A stretch of DNA of 64,000 nt from an uncultured Collinsella sp. (GCA_958420165.1 CATZIU010000004.1:6591-70590); one strand, 5' to 3'; counted from the first letter of the stretch, positions 29,188-39,495 are shown. Made by a program: numbers and translations. Notes: generated by a model not told the origin, from the letters alone.

Positions 29188-30306
29188 GTGCGAAACAACG
29201 CATCGCGGGATGAGTATGTGCCGCAGCATAGCAGCAGATATGAGACGAAGGGCACGTCTTCGCGTGGCCTTGCTGACGCTCGCATCCGCGTGACGAAGAT
29301 TGCCGCCATTGGGATGCTGACGTTGGCGGTTATTATCCTCGGAATTACCGCCAAAACCTACGCGTCGGAGCGAATGGCACACTCAGATGCGTCAACGGTA
29401 CAGACGCAAAACAAAAAGGTCTCTGAATCTAAAGCCACCGCAAGTCAAACCCTGTCGACAGCGAGTCTCAAGACGAGGCTTTCGAAGGCGGACTTTAACG
29501 ATATTCCCTCAGGCGATACCGTGCAGACCTTCTCACTGGTTGATAACCAGATCCCCGTCCTGGAGGATGAGAGCCTCGCCGCGCTCCAAGATGCCCTGAG
29601 TCAGGCGCAGGAGCTGGGCGATGTGGGCGTAGTGTTCTACGACCTATCGAGCGGCAAGGGCGTGACGTATAACGCGGACGCCGAGGTGTACGGTGCGAGT
29701 AGCTACAAGGCACTTTATGCGTTGTACATCTGCGAATCTCTGGTCGAGACGGGCCAGGTCTCACTCGATGATTCCCTTGGCACCTATGGCGGCTACAACA
29801 TGGGCTGGCAGACGGTGCGCGACCTGATCGAGGCCGCGGTCGTTAATTCGGACAACGATTCGTTTATCGCGTTGCGTGCGGCGTTTGACCGTGTCGGTTA
29901 CGAGGATTGGATTGTCGGTCTTGGCGTCGATTACGATACCGCACTCGATCCGATGAGTGATTTTCCCACTTATTGCCCGCGCACCTCGGCCAAGTTGTGG
30001 TGCGAGATGAGCGAGTATCTGAGCCATGATACCGAGACGTCACAATGGCTGTCGGGCCTTCTGGCCTCTACGGCCCGATCGTTTATTCGTGACGGCATTG
30101 CGGACGACCAAGCCTTGGTGCGCAACAAGGCAGGCTGGATTAGCGAGGATGGTTGCTATTCGACATGCGATGCGGGCCTTATCGACATCGATGGCCGTAC
30201 CTATGTCATGAGCATCATGACATCGATGCCGTGGAGCGACCGCTCGAGCGAGGTTACGGCTGCGATTGCAAAGGCTCTGTTTGATACGCGAGCTGCGCTG
30301 GCCTAG
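29188..30306 (+). CDS. Membrane-anchored serine hydrolase, class A beta-lactamase/PBP-like fold
   Basis: N-terminal TM; SxxK (ASSYK), SDN and KAG motifs. Confidence 0.8.
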   Translation: MRNNASRDEYVPQHSSRYETKGTSSRGLADARIRVTKIAAIGMLTLAVIILGITAKTYASERMAHSDASTVQTQNKKVSESKATASQTLSTASLKTRLSKADFNDIPSGDTVQTFSLVDNQIPVLEDESLAALQDALSQAQELGDVGVVFYDLSSGKGVTYNADAEVYGASSYKALYALYICESLVETGQVSLDDSLGTYGGYNMGWQTVRDLIEAAVVNSDNDSFIALRAAFDRVGYEDWIVGLGVDYDTALDPMSDFPTYCPRTSAKLWCEMSEYLSHDTETSQWLSGLLASTARSFIRDGIADDQALVRNKAGWISEDGCYSTCDAGLIDIDGRTYVMSIMTSMPWSDRSSEVTAAIAKALFDTRAALA

Positions 30307-30384
30307 CGTGTTCGTTTGACGAGGTCAAACAAAATGCTGGTACCATACCGTGGTTGAGAATTTCGTATAGGTTTGGGGAATGGC

Positions 30385-31125
30385 ATGGCTACCATCGCGA
30401 TTATCGGTGCACTCGAAAAAGAGATCATGCAGATTAAGGAAGAGCTGAGCGACGTTTGCGAGGCACAGGAGGCAGGCTTGAACGTTGTGAGCGGTGAGTT
30501 CGACGGCCTGACGCTTGTCGCCACGACCGCGGGCATGGGCACGGTGAACGCCGCTGCTGCGACGCAGCACCTCATTAGCAAGTATGCTCCACAGGCAGTT
30601 GTGCTTTCGGGTATCGCGGGCGGTTTGAACCCCAAGCTTCATATCGACGACGTGGTCATCGGCAAACGCCTGCGCTATCTGGATACCGATACCGCGCTTA
30701 TTGCCGAGTCTGCACCGGGGCTCGAGGAGTTTGGCTCGACGCCTGCGCTGGTCGATATTGCTGCCGATGTGCTTGCTGAGCGTGGCTTTGTCAACGCTTC
30801 CACAGATGCAGCCGCCTCGAACGAGGGTGCAAAGCAGTTCCTCGTCGGCACGATTGCCACGGGCAACCGCTTTGTAACGGGCGCCGCCATGCGCAACGAC
30901 GCTATCGAGGCGACGCATGCCGATTGTGTCGGCATGGAGGGCGCGGCGATTGCCCATGTCGCAACTAAAAATGGTGTCGATTGCCTGGTGCTGCGCGCTA
31001 TCAGCGATAATTGTGATGAGGCGTACGATGCGATTTGCGACCGCGAGTTCGACCTGTTCGAGTATGCCCGTACCGCGAGTGGCATTACACTCGATATCGT
31101 TCGCCGTATCGCTGCTATCTATTAG
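30385..31125 (+). CDS. mtnN: 5'-methylthioadenosine/S-adenosylhomocysteine nucleosidase
   Basis: IAIIGALEKE, GMGTVNAA, SGIAGG, MEGAAIA and RAISD motifs. Confidence 0.88.
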   Translation: MATIAIIGALEKEIMQIKEELSDVCEAQEAGLNVVSGEFDGLTLVATTAGMGTVNAAAATQHLISKYAPQAVVLSGIAGGLNPKLHIDDVVIGKRLRYLDTDTALIAESAPGLEEFGSTPALVDIAADVLAERGFVNASTDAAASNEGAKQFLVGTIATGNRFVTGAAMRNDAIEATHADCVGMEGAAIAHVATKNGVDCLVLRAISDNCDEAYDAICDREFDLFEYARTASGITLDIVRRIAAIY

Positions 31126-31163
31126 CGCGCTCTTTTGTAAGAACCTACGACCAAGGAGTGTCC

Positions 31164-31754
31164 ATGGCCGATTCCATTAACTACCAGCTTGCCAAGTTCG
31201 TTGCCAGCTATGGCAAGGTTTCGCAGATTCCCGAGTCCACCTGCCCCGAGGTGAGCTTCGTCGGCCGCTCCAACGTGGGCAAGTCGTCGATCATGAACAA
31301 GCTTTTTGGCCGCAAGAACCTCGTCAAGGTTTCGAGCACGCCGGGTAAGACGAGCAACATCAACTTCTTCGAGGCCGACGACGTGCACTTTGTCGACCTG
31401 CCGGGCTATGGTTTTGCCCGTCGTTCCAAGGCCGAGCGTGACCGTTGGGCAGAACTTATCGGCGACTTCTTCGACTCGGAGCGCAGCTTTAACCTGGTCG
31501 TGTCGCTGGTGGACATTCGCCACGATCCCAGTAAGCTCGACCATGACATGATCGACTACCTGCAGGGCAACGAGTTCAACTTTATCGTCTGCCTCACCAA
31601 GGCCGACAAGCTCAGCCGCACCCAGCAGGCCCGCCAGGCAGCAGCCATCAAAAAGCAACTCAACGTCCCGGCCGAGAACGTAATCATCACAAGCTCCCAA
31701 ACCGGCACCGGCATCGACGAACTCAAAAAGCGCATCGCCGAGGCCTGCCTCTAA
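31164..31754 (+). CDS. engB: Ribosome biogenesis GTPase EngB/YsxC
   Basis: GRSNVGKSS, TPGKT, DLPGYG and TKADK motifs. Confidence 0.93.
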   Translation: MADSINYQLAKFVASYGKVSQIPESTCPEVSFVGRSNVGKSSIMNKLFGRKNLVKVSSTPGKTSNINFFEADDVHFVDLPGYGFARRSKAERDRWAELIGDFFDSERSFNLVVSLVDIRHDPSKLDHDMIDYLQGNEFNFIVCLTKADKLSRTQQARQAAAIKKQLNVPAENVIITSSQTGTGIDELKKRIAEACL

Positions 31755-31861
31755 TAAGCGCCCCTTACCAGCAAGAGCCCCCACCAATAAAAAGCAGGCT
31801 ATCAGCCCGGCGCCCCTTCAAAGCGTGGGTCCCTATAGACATCCTCAGCAAGGTAGGCGCA

Positions 31862-31988
31862 GGGGCGGTCGGGGTGTTCCCTCAAAATCATTCCGCAGCG
31901 CGAAGGCCCCTTGTCCGTCGCTCCGTAGGAGCAGGGCAAGGGGCCTTCATGCGCGAGGACGATTTTGAGGGAACACCCCGACCGCCCC
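31862..31988 (-). repeat. Covarying long-hairpin element, family 1 copy C
   Basis: Minus strand: 27-bp outer stem enclosing CGTCCTC-GCGC-AT...GCTCC-TAC-GGAGC...GCGC-TGCGGA. Confidence 0.9.
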
Positions 31989-32010
31989 GGACAGGTAATG
32001 GGAAGGATGT

Positions 32011-32892
32011 CTACAGGTACTCGATTTGAGCGCCTTCCGTGTCGCACGTTAGAATATGCGTCTCACATTTGGGGAACTGCTCGCGCAGCTTGACCTGCAG
32101 GAACTTTGCCACGATGGTGTCGTCAGTCACGGCCATGAGGGTCGAGCCGGAGCCACTGATCCAGATGGTCTTGGCGCCTCCGTTAAGGCAGGTGTCGCGC
32201 ACGGCGTTGTAGTCGGGGATGAGGCGGCGGCGATAGGGCTCCTGGATGCGGTCGTCGTTGGCGGCGGCAATCAGGTCAAGGTCGCCGGTCTCCAGGCCGC
32301 GCGTCATGCCGGCGATGCGTCCCATTTGCCATACGGCGGTGGAGAGTGGAATCTCCTGCGGCACAACCTTGCGGGCCTCGCTCGTATGCACCTCGTAGGG
32401 CGGAATCACGGTAATAAAACGCAGGCGATCGCTCACCTCGTAGCGCAGGCACTGGGGGAGCGAATCGGTCGGCGTAAAGGAGCAGACGGCGCCGCCCAGG
32501 ATGGCGGGGGCGACGTTATCGGGATGGCCCTCGACCTCGGTGGCAATGCGGACGAGCTCGGCACGGTCGACGGTGTGGCCCGTCAGCGCGGCGGCCGCCA
32601 TGATGCCGGCGACGACGCAGGTGGAGCTAGAACCCAGGCCGCGGGCGACGGGCACGTCGGTCTGAATGTCGATAGCAACGGGAAAAGCCGGCTCGCCCCA
32701 CGCGGCCAGAGCATCGACAAAGCTCACATAGACCAGGTTATTCTCGTTTTGGAACTCCTCGGGGCAGCCCGTGATGGTGAGCTTGTCGGTGCGCTCGAAG
32801 GTGAAGTGCGAGTAGAGGCTGACGGCCATGCCGAGGGTATCGTAGCCAATGCCTAGGTTGGCGCTTGTTGCTGGGACGGTGATCTTGATCAT
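32011..32892 (-). CDS. thrB: Homoserine kinase
   Basis: VPATSANLG, PVARGLGSSS, EGHPDN and ISGSG motifs. Confidence 0.93.
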   Translation of the reverse strand: MIKITVPATSANLGIGYDTLGMAVSLYSHFTFERTDKLTITGCPEEFQNENNLVYVSFVDALAAWGEPAFPVAIDIQTDVPVARGLGSSSTCVVAGIMAAAALTGHTVDRAELVRIATEVEGHPDNVAPAILGGAVCSFTPTDSLPQCLRYEVSDRLRFITVIPPYEVHTSEARKVVPQEIPLSTAVWQMGRIAGMTRGLETGDLDLIAAANDDRIQEPYRRRLIPDYNAVRDTCLNGGAKTIWISGSGSTLMAVTDDTIVAKFLQVKLREQFPKCETHILTCDTEGAQIEYL

Positions 32893-32906
32893 GTGGGTCC
32901 TCCTGG

Positions 32907-33018
32907 GCGGGTCTGCCTGTTTAGTTCGCTGCTCGGGCAGTCCTGGCTCGCTCGGAAAGCACATTAAGTGCTTTCCGGCTCGTGCGGAACTCGCGACGAA
33001 CTAAACAGGCAGACCCGC
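32907..33018 (+). repeat. Long hairpin, possible divergent relative of family 1
   Basis: GCGGGTCTGCCTGTTTAGTTCG / CGAACTAAACAGGCAGACCCGC outer stem enclosing GTCCT...GGAAAGCAC-ATTAA-GTGCTTTCC...TGCGGA. Confidence 0.65.
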
Positions 33019-33095
33019 ATGTCAGTTCGTCATCATCCCGGGGGTTATCTGATGAAAGAAGGTGCGCCGGCTTTCGCCGGCGCTTAATAAGGGAT

Positions 33096-34613
33096 CTAGT
33101 TGGCACTCATTCGTTTTGCTGCGGACTCGACGTAGCTTGCCATCTCATCGACGTCGCAGACGTCTTCGAAGCGGACGGGTTTGGATTCGAGTTCGGCGAG
33201 CTGGCTCGGGGCGACCGTGTTGGTGGCCTGCTCGAGTACGCGCATAGCCTCAAAATCATCCTCGGGAACGTCGAGGCCCAGGGCGTCGCAGCAGGCGCGC
33301 GGGAACTTGTAGGGGCTTGCGGTCGAAAGCAGCACGCGGGCCTTGGCACCCTCGGCGGGAGCGACCTGCTCAAAGACGTGATAGCCGCAAGCAGTATGCG
33401 GATCGATCACGTAGCCGTTCGCATCCCAGCAGCTCTTGATGGCAGTGCGGACCTCGTCCTCGCTGGCCCAACCGCAGCCAAAGACGCTCTGAATCTTTGC
33501 GAGCAGGTCGGCAGGAACCTCGTAGCGACCAGTCTGCGCCAGCTGCTCCATAAGTCCGGCAACAAGCTCGCAGTCGCCATCGGACAGGAAGTACAGCATG
33601 CGCTCCAGATTGGAGCTAATAAGGATGTCCATCGACGGCGAGATGGTCGTGAAGAACGGGCGGTTACGGTCGTAAACGCCGGTGGTCAGGAAGTCGGCAA
33701 GCACGTTGTTCTTGTCGCTCGCCACGACGAGCTTGGCGACGGGCAGACCCATGCGCTTGGCGTAGTAGCCGGCCAGGATATCGCCAAAGTTGCCGGTCGG
33801 TACGCAGAACTCCACGGCGTCGCCGGCCTCGATGGCGCCGGCGCGCAGCAGCTGCGCATAGGCGGCAAGGTAGTAGACGACCTGCGGTACCAGGCGGCCG
33901 ACGTTGATGGAGTTGGCGCTCGAAAGCACCGTGCCGGCGGCCTCCAGGCGCTTGGCAAGCTCCTTATCGGCAAAGATGCGCTTGACAGCACTCTGGGCGT
34001 CGTCGAAGTTGCCGCGGATGCCGCACACGGCGACGTTGTCGCCCTCCTGCGTGGACATCTGCAGGTTCTGGACGCGGCTAACCTTGCCCTCGGGATAAAA
34101 GACGGTGATGCCCGTGCCCGGAGCGTCAGCAAAACCGGCGAGCGCGGCCTTGCCCGTGTCGCCCGACGTGGCGGTGACGATCATGATGCGCTCAGCTCCG
34201 CCGTCCTTGGCAGAGGTGCGGGCCATGAGGCGGGGGAGCATCTGCAGGGCGACGTCCTTGAAGGCGCTCGTGGGACCGCCAAAGAGCTCCATCACATAGG
34301 TCTGAGGGGCGTCAGCGCCCGGCGCAGCGTCGAGTTTGACGAGCGGCGTAACCTCTTCACTCGCGAACGTGCCGCGGTATGCCTCGTCGACACACGCCGA
34401 AATTTCTTCGGCCGTGTAATCATTCAGTAACATTCCCAACACATCTTGAGCGATTTCAAAGTACGATTTATCTGCAAGCGAGCTGATATCGACCTGCTGG
34501 GTGCCGAGCTCGTCCGAGACAAACAAACCCCCGTCGGGAGCGATGCCGGTGCGGATTGCCACCTTACTTGAGCACGATAAAGTGCGTCCTCGTGTACTAT
34601 GATAAGTTCCCAT
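33096..34613 (-). CDS. thrC: Threonine synthase
   Basis: YHSTRG, GPTSAFKD (PLP lysine), ATSGDTG, SANSINVGR, VPTGNFG and SPSMDI motifs. Confidence 0.95.
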   Translation of the reverse strand: MGTYHSTRGRTLSCSSKVAIRTGIAPDGGLFVSDELGTQQVDISSLADKSYFEIAQDVLGMLLNDYTAEEISACVDEAYRGTFASEEVTPLVKLDAAPGADAPQTYVMELFGGPTSAFKDVALQMLPRLMARTSAKDGGAERIMIVTATSGDTGKAALAGFADAPGTGITVFYPEGKVSRVQNLQMSTQEGDNVAVCGIRGNFDDAQSAVKRIFADKELAKRLEAAGTVLSSANSINVGRLVPQVVYYLAAYAQLLRAGAIEAGDAVEFCVPTGNFGDILAGYYAKRMGLPVAKLVVASDKNNVLADFLTTGVYDRNRPFFTTISPSMDILISSNLERMLYFLSDGDCELVAGLMEQLAQTGRYEVPADLLAKIQSVFGCGWASEDEVRTAIKSCWDANGYVIDPHTACGYHVFEQVAPAEGAKARVLLSTASPYKFPRACCDALGLDVPEDDFEAMRVLEQATNTVAPSQLAELESKPVRFEDVCDVDEMASYVESAAKRMSAN

Positions 34614-34716
34614 ATAACACTGCTCCTCGGATGCCTTGGTCCCAATCGGTGAAACCATGGTATCAGAGCGCGCAAAACAGGTTTGCAGAGGCTTTTAGAA
34701 AGGTAACCTCAAGCCC

Positions 34717-36105
34717 ATGATTAAGATTGCCAAGTTTGGCGGCTCGTCGGTCGCCGACGCCGAACACTTCAAGAAGATCAAGGCCATCGTCGACGCCGAC
34801 CCTGCCCGCCGTTTTGTGGTGGTTTCCGCCTGCGGCCGCCGCTTTAAAGGCGACACCAAGGTGACCGACCTGCTCTACCTGGTTAACGCGCACGTTAAGT
34901 ATCACGTGTCGTGCGAGGAACTGCTCGAGGACATTGGCCAGCGCTATTTTGATATCGCTGACGAGCTGGAGCTCACCTATCCCATCCGCGAGGAGTTCGC
35001 GGCCTTTGCCGAGCGCGCCCGCTCGGGTGGCTACTCCACCGAGGAGCTCGTAAGCCGTGGCGAGTACTTCACCGCTCGTCTGATGGCCGAGTACCTGGGC
35101 CTGCCGTTCCTGGACGCCGCGACGGTTGTGGCGTTCCATCACGACGGTACGCTCAGCATGAATCGCACCTCCGAGCTGGTGCAGGAGTACGGCCAGCAGG
35201 GCGGCTTTGTTATGCCCGGTTTCTACGGCGCGACGCGTGAGGGCCAGATCAAGCTGCTCGATCGTGGCGGCGGCGATATCTCGGGCTCGATTTTGGCTAA
35301 GTGCCTGGGCGCCGACCTTTACGAGAACTGGACCGACGTCTCGGGTTTCTACTCTGCCGATCCGCGCATTGTTCCCGAGGCTCAGCCCATTGCCCGCGTT
35401 ACCTACGAGGAGCTGCGCGAGCTTTCGTACATGGGTGCAAGCGTCCTGCACGAGGAGGCCGTGTTCCCCGTGCGCGAGGCGGGCATTCCGCTGGTCATCA
35501 AGAACACCAATGCGCCGCAGGACCCCGGCACCATCATTAGCGAGACGGCTGACGAGGGCGAGGCGGAGCCCATCATTACCGGCGTGACCGGCAAGCGCGG
35601 CTTTGTCGCCATCAACGTTGCCCGCGACCGCACCAAGCCCCGTGTCGGCTTTATGCGCCGCGCGCTTTCGGTCTTCGAGCGTTATGACGTTTCCGTCGAG
35701 CACATGCCCACCGGTGTCGACCGCTTTGGCGCCGTGGTGCAGGAGCAGGACGTTCACGATTCGCTGTACTCGCTCGTGGGCGACATTCAGCAGGAGGTCG
35801 AGCCGCTCGAGATTGAGGTTGTCGAGGGCCTGGCGCTTATCGCGACCGTCGGCCGTAACCTGCGCGGTCGTGCCGGCATCTCTGGCCACCTGTTTGGCAT
35901 GCTTGGCCAGGCGGGCGTGAGCGTGCGTATGATTTCACAGAGCTGTGACGAGATCAATATCATTATCGGTGTCGAGGAGAAGGACTTCGACCTGGCGATT
36001 CAGACCATTTACCGCGCCTTCTCCGACGAGAACGGCATTGTGAAGGTCTCCGACCTGGAGGCTCCCGCGCCGGCCGATCCCACCTTGGCCGCGCTCAAAA
36101 AGTAG
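34717..36105 (+). CDS. lysC: Aspartate kinase
   Basis: KFGGSS, VVVSA, RGGGDISG and WTDVSG..ADPRIV motifs; C-terminal ACT domains. Confidence 0.93.
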   Translation: MIKIAKFGGSSVADAEHFKKIKAIVDADPARRFVVVSACGRRFKGDTKVTDLLYLVNAHVKYHVSCEELLEDIGQRYFDIADELELTYPIREEFAAFAERARSGGYSTEELVSRGEYFTARLMAEYLGLPFLDAATVVAFHHDGTLSMNRTSELVQEYGQQGGFVMPGFYGATREGQIKLLDRGGGDISGSILAKCLGADLYENWTDVSGFYSADPRIVPEAQPIARVTYEELRELSYMGASVLHEEAVFPVREAGIPLVIKNTNAPQDPGTIISETADEGEAEPIITGVTGKRGFVAINVARDRTKPRVGFMRRALSVFERYDVSVEHMPTGVDRFGAVVQEQDVHDSLYSLVGDIQQEVEPLEIEVVEGLALIATVGRNLRGRAGISGHLFGMLGQAGVSVRMISQSCDEINIIIGVEEKDFDLAIQTIYRAFSDENGIVKVSDLEAPAPADPTLAALKK

Positions 36106-36278
36106 CGACTGCTCGGTAGATTTTTGGGTCATGTCTCAAAAATCTACGGCGGGGCGTTTCGTTTCGGTTTCGTTTCGACGGGGCGGGTTTCGTGTCCGCC
36201 CCGTTCTTGTATACACTGGCAACAATAATCAGCCTGCTCGGCGTGCGGGCAAAAGCCAAAACCTTTAAAGGGGGAAGC

Positions 36279-37304
36279 ATGAAACAGTACACGGTTGCTA
36301 TTTTGGGCGCGACGGGAGCCGTGGGCACCCAGATGCTCGAGTGCCTCAACGAGCAGGAGTTCCCGGTCGGCAAGCTCAAGCTGTTGGCAAGTGCACGCTC
36401 CGCGGGCAAGACCGTTGAGTTCCGCGGCGAGCAGATCGTGATTGAAGAGGCTTGCCCTGAGGCCTTTGAGGGCTGCGATATTGTGCTCGGAGCCGCCGGC
36501 GACGATATCGCCAAGGAGCTGCTGCCCGAGGCCGTCAAGCGCGGCGCCGTCGTGGTCGACAACAGCCATGCCTTCCGCATGGATCCCGAGGTGCCGCTGG
36601 TCGTGCCCGAGATCAATGCCGACGATATCAAGTGGCATCACGGCCTTATCGCCAACCCCAACTGCGCGACCATCATCGGCCTGGTTCCCACCTGGCCGCT
36701 GCACCAGCTCGCCGGCGTGAAGCGCATGATCGTCTCGACGTATCAGGCGGCTTCGGGTGCCGGCGCTCCCGGTATGGCCGAGCTCGAGGCTCAGCTGGCC
36801 GCCCTGGGCCGTGGCGAGGAGATTCCCGAGCCGCGCGCGTTTGCCGCCCAGCTGGCGAGCAACCTGATTCCGCAGATCGGCGGTGTCAAGGAGGAAGGCT
36901 TTACCTCCGAGGAGATGAAGCTGCAGAACGAGGGCCGTAAGATCATGCACTTGCCCGAGCTGCGCGTGAACTGCACCTGCGTGCGCGTGCCCGTGCTGCG
37001 TTCGCACTCCGAGAGCATTACGCTCGAGTTTGAGCGCGATATTACGGTTGAGGAGGCCCGTGCTGCGCTTGCTACCGCTCCCGGCGTCAAGCTGGTTGAC
37101 GATATGGCTGCCGAGGATGCACACGACCGCTTCCCCATGCCGATGGACACCTCCGACCAGGACCTGATTTGGGTCGGCCGCGTGCGCCGCGACATCTCGA
37201 ACCCCGAGGCTGCGCGCGGCATCACCTTCTGGTGCTGCGGCGACCAAATCCGTAAGGGCGCGGCAACCAACGCCGTCCAGATCGCTAAGCTGCTCTGCGA
37301 GTAG
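36279..37304 (+). CDS. asd: Aspartate-semialdehyde dehydrogenase
   Basis: GATGAVG, IANPNC, YQAASGAG, TCVRVPV and KGAATNAVQI motifs. Confidence 0.95.
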   Translation: MKQYTVAILGATGAVGTQMLECLNEQEFPVGKLKLLASARSAGKTVEFRGEQIVIEEACPEAFEGCDIVLGAAGDDIAKELLPEAVKRGAVVVDNSHAFRMDPEVPLVVPEINADDIKWHHGLIANPNCATIIGLVPTWPLHQLAGVKRMIVSTYQAASGAGAPGMAELEAQLAALGRGEEIPEPRAFAAQLASNLIPQIGGVKEEGFTSEEMKLQNEGRKIMHLPELRVNCTCVRVPVLRSHSESITLEFERDITVEEARAALATAPGVKLVDDMAAEDAHDRFPMPMDTSDQDLIWVGRVRRDISNPEAARGITFWCCGDQIRKGAATNAVQIAKLLCE

Positions 37305-37316
37305 TGTGACCTGTCC

Positions 37317-37446
37317 GGCGGGGGCCGGGCTTAGTTTTCAGAACGTCCTCGACCATGTGTGGCGCCTTGTCCTGCTCCTTCGGAGCCGCGGACAAGGCGC
37401 CACACTGGTCTGCGGAGTGTTCTGAAAACTAAGCCCGGCCCCCGCC
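37317..37446 (+). repeat. Covarying long-hairpin element, family 1 copy D
   Basis: 27-bp outer stem enclosing CGTCCTC-GACC-AT...GCTCC-TTC-GGAGC...GGTC-TGCGGA. Confidence 0.9.
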
Positions 37447-37660
37447 TGCGGTGACTCGGCTGCGAGCGGCCTGCGATGGGGCCGTTGTTGGCTGGGGCCG
37501 CTGGGCTGATGTGAGGGCACGTGGTCGTTGCGGGCCCTGGCCCCGGCGGCGGCCTCGGCGCTTTGCGCCTGCCGCCTTTGGGGACTGTGGGGCGCGGCCG
37601 GCAGCTGCGGCGCGTTGCGCCTGCTGCCTGAGGTGGCTTTGGGGTTGGTGCGAATCGGGG

Positions 37661-37832
37661 TCTAATACTTTCCCGAGAAGTGAACGACCTTATTTGGACC
37701 CCCGAAGCATTGGCAATTTTTGACCGCTATTTCCTGCGGTTTTGCTGTGCGAATCCTGCGGTTTTGCGGTCTAAAGGTGTGGATGCTCCGGGGCTTCGTT
37801 TTTACTCGTTCACTTCTCGGGAAAGTATTAGA
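37661..37832. repeat. 172-bp element bounded by perfect 27-bp inverted repeats
   Basis: TCTAATACTTTCCCGAGAAGTGAACGA (37661-37687) and its reverse complement (37806-37832). Confidence 0.75.
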
Positions 37833-37998
37833 GCTCAGCTGATAGAGGTACCGCTCTGGCGTCGAAGCCCTGCGTCTTTTTCGCTTGATTGGGGAAAGCG
37901 GCCTCGCTTAAGCAATTGCGAGCCCGCCCAGACGTATCTGCGGGGTTGTCTGCACAATTCGCGGTATTATGTTTGCGAAGTTTTGAAAGGAGCCGCTG

Positions 37999-38577
37999 GT
38001 GGTCACGACGACGTTTGCTTCGCCTTTGGGCGAAATATTGCTTGCCGCTGATGGCCGCGGTCTGACGGGGCTTTGGTTTGAGGGGCAGGAGCACTTTGGC
38101 TCCACGCTTCTCAAAGAAGATCCCGAACATGTTGAAGGCGCTGATGCAGTTTCCGGTACTGGTGGCATGTCGTCGGTGAGTCCGGCAAATGGTGCGGCGT
38201 CTTCGGTGCTTGAGCGTTCCTGGGCTTGGTTGAATGCTTATTTTGCGGGGCAGGAGCCTCGGTTTACGCCGCCGTTGCATATGATTGGTACGGCGTTTCA
38301 GCGCGAGGTTTGGTTTGAGCTGCTTTCTATCCCGCGTGGCGAGATCGCTACGTATGGTGAGATCGCCCAGCGTGTTGCGGATCGACATCGTGTACCGGGA
38401 AACGAAGCACCCGTTGTGTCTCCTCGTGCGGTGGGGGCTGCGGTCGCGCGTAATCCCATTTCGATTATCGTGCCGTGCCATCGCGTGGTTGCCGCCGACG
38501 GCTCGCTTAACGGATATGCCGGCGGACTTGATCGCAAAGAGTGGCTGCTTCGGCTTGAGGGCGCGTACGAGGAATAA
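37999..38577 (+). CDS. ogt: Methylated-DNA-protein-cysteine methyltransferase
   Basis: GTAFQREVW, RAVG and the PCHRV active site. Confidence 0.92.
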   Translation: MVTTTFASPLGEILLAADGRGLTGLWFEGQEHFGSTLLKEDPEHVEGADAVSGTGGMSSVSPANGAASSVLERSWAWLNAYFAGQEPRFTPPLHMIGTAFQREVWFELLSIPRGEIATYGEIAQRVADRHRVPGNEAPVVSPRAVGAAVARNPISIIVPCHRVVAADGSLNGYAGGLDRKEWLLRLEGAYEE

Positions 38578-38669
38578 CGTTCGAGCACTTTGCATGGCCA
38601 AGACGCCCTGAAAGAACGAGTCGCCGTCCTTTCGCGGCCGGCATGCGTCCAAGCGCTCGGCATATGTGC

Positions 38670-38740
38670 CTTAAGTTTGGCTAAGCCCTATCCTGCGTAT
38701 TTGAAAACGCGCAGGTTGAGTAGCTAAGGCTGCGCTAAGG
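38670..38740 (+). promoter_or_regulatory. Putative OmpR-type direct-repeat boxes
   Basis: CTTAAG/GCTAAG pair (10-bp period) and GCTAAGG/GCTAAGG pair (11-bp period) upstream of the response regulator. Confidence 0.5.
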
Positions 38741-38805
38741 CGGCTGGCGGTGCGCTATCATCGGCAGTATCGAAACCTGTATAGCCGTGCGCCAAAGGAA
38801 CAACT

Positions 38806-39495
38806 ATGAAGCTGATGCTTGCCGAGGACGAGCCTGGCCTCTCCCGCGCCCTCACCGCGATTCTTCAACATAGCGACTACGAGGTCGACACCGCCCTCGA
38901 CGGTCTGACGGCGCTCGAATATCTGCTTATCAACGACTATGACGCCGCAATCCTGGACATCATGATGCCCGGTATGGATGGCATCGAGGTGCTCAAGCGC
39001 ACACGCGCCGCCGGTAAGCGATTGCCCATCATCATGCTCACGGCAAAAAGCGAGGTGTCCGATAAGGTCGAGGGCCTGGATGCCGGTGCCAACGATTATC
39101 TGACCAAGCCGTTTGCCGCCAAGGAACTGCTTGCTCGCATTCGTGCCATGACGCGTGCAGCGACGGCAATTGACGCCACGACGCTCAGCGTGGGCAATGT
39201 GCGCCTCGACACGGCATCGTGCACGCTCGTTGGGCCTTTGGGCGAGGAGCACCTGGCCAATCGTGAGTTTCAGCTTATGGAACTCTTTATGCGCAACGCC
39301 GGCACGCGCATGCCCACCGAGCGTCTGATGCTCGATGTTTGGGGCGAGGACGCGCCCGAGGGGGCCAACGTGGTGTGGGTCTATATCTCCTACCTGCGCA
39401 AAAAGCTGACGGCGCTTGGTGCCGACGTGGCCATTCGCGCATCGCGCAACCAGGGCTATTCGCTCGAGGTTGTCGAGGAAGGCGAACAGGCGTGA
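38806..39495 (+). CDS. OmpR-family response regulator
   Basis: LAEDE, LDIMMPGMDG, GANDYLTKPF and winged-helix VYISYLRKKL motifs. Confidence 0.93.
   Translation: MKLMLAEDEPGLSRALTAILQHSDYEVDTALDGLTALEYLLINDYDAAILDIMMPGMDGIEVLKRTRAAGKRLPIIMLTAKSEVSDKVEGLDAGANDYLTKPFAAKELLARIRAMTRAATAIDATTLSVGNVRLDTASCTLVGPLGEEHLANREFQLMELFMRNAGTRMPTERLMLDVWGEDAPEGANVVWVYISYLRKKLTALGADVAIRASRNQGYSLEVVEEGEQA

Noticed and set aside
29188..30306. Functional beta-lactam resistance gene
   Set aside because: SxxK/SDN/KAG motifs show the fold only; a membrane-anchored cell-wall peptidase is equally likely.
32893..36278. T-box or lysine riboswitch in the thr/lysC/asd cluster
   Set aside because: No T-box GGTGGNACCGCG motif was seen, and the thrC-lysC gap is only about 100 bp.
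37447..37660. GC-rich low-complexity stretch after asd as a gene
   Set aside because: No RBS, recognisable motif or clean repeat unit.
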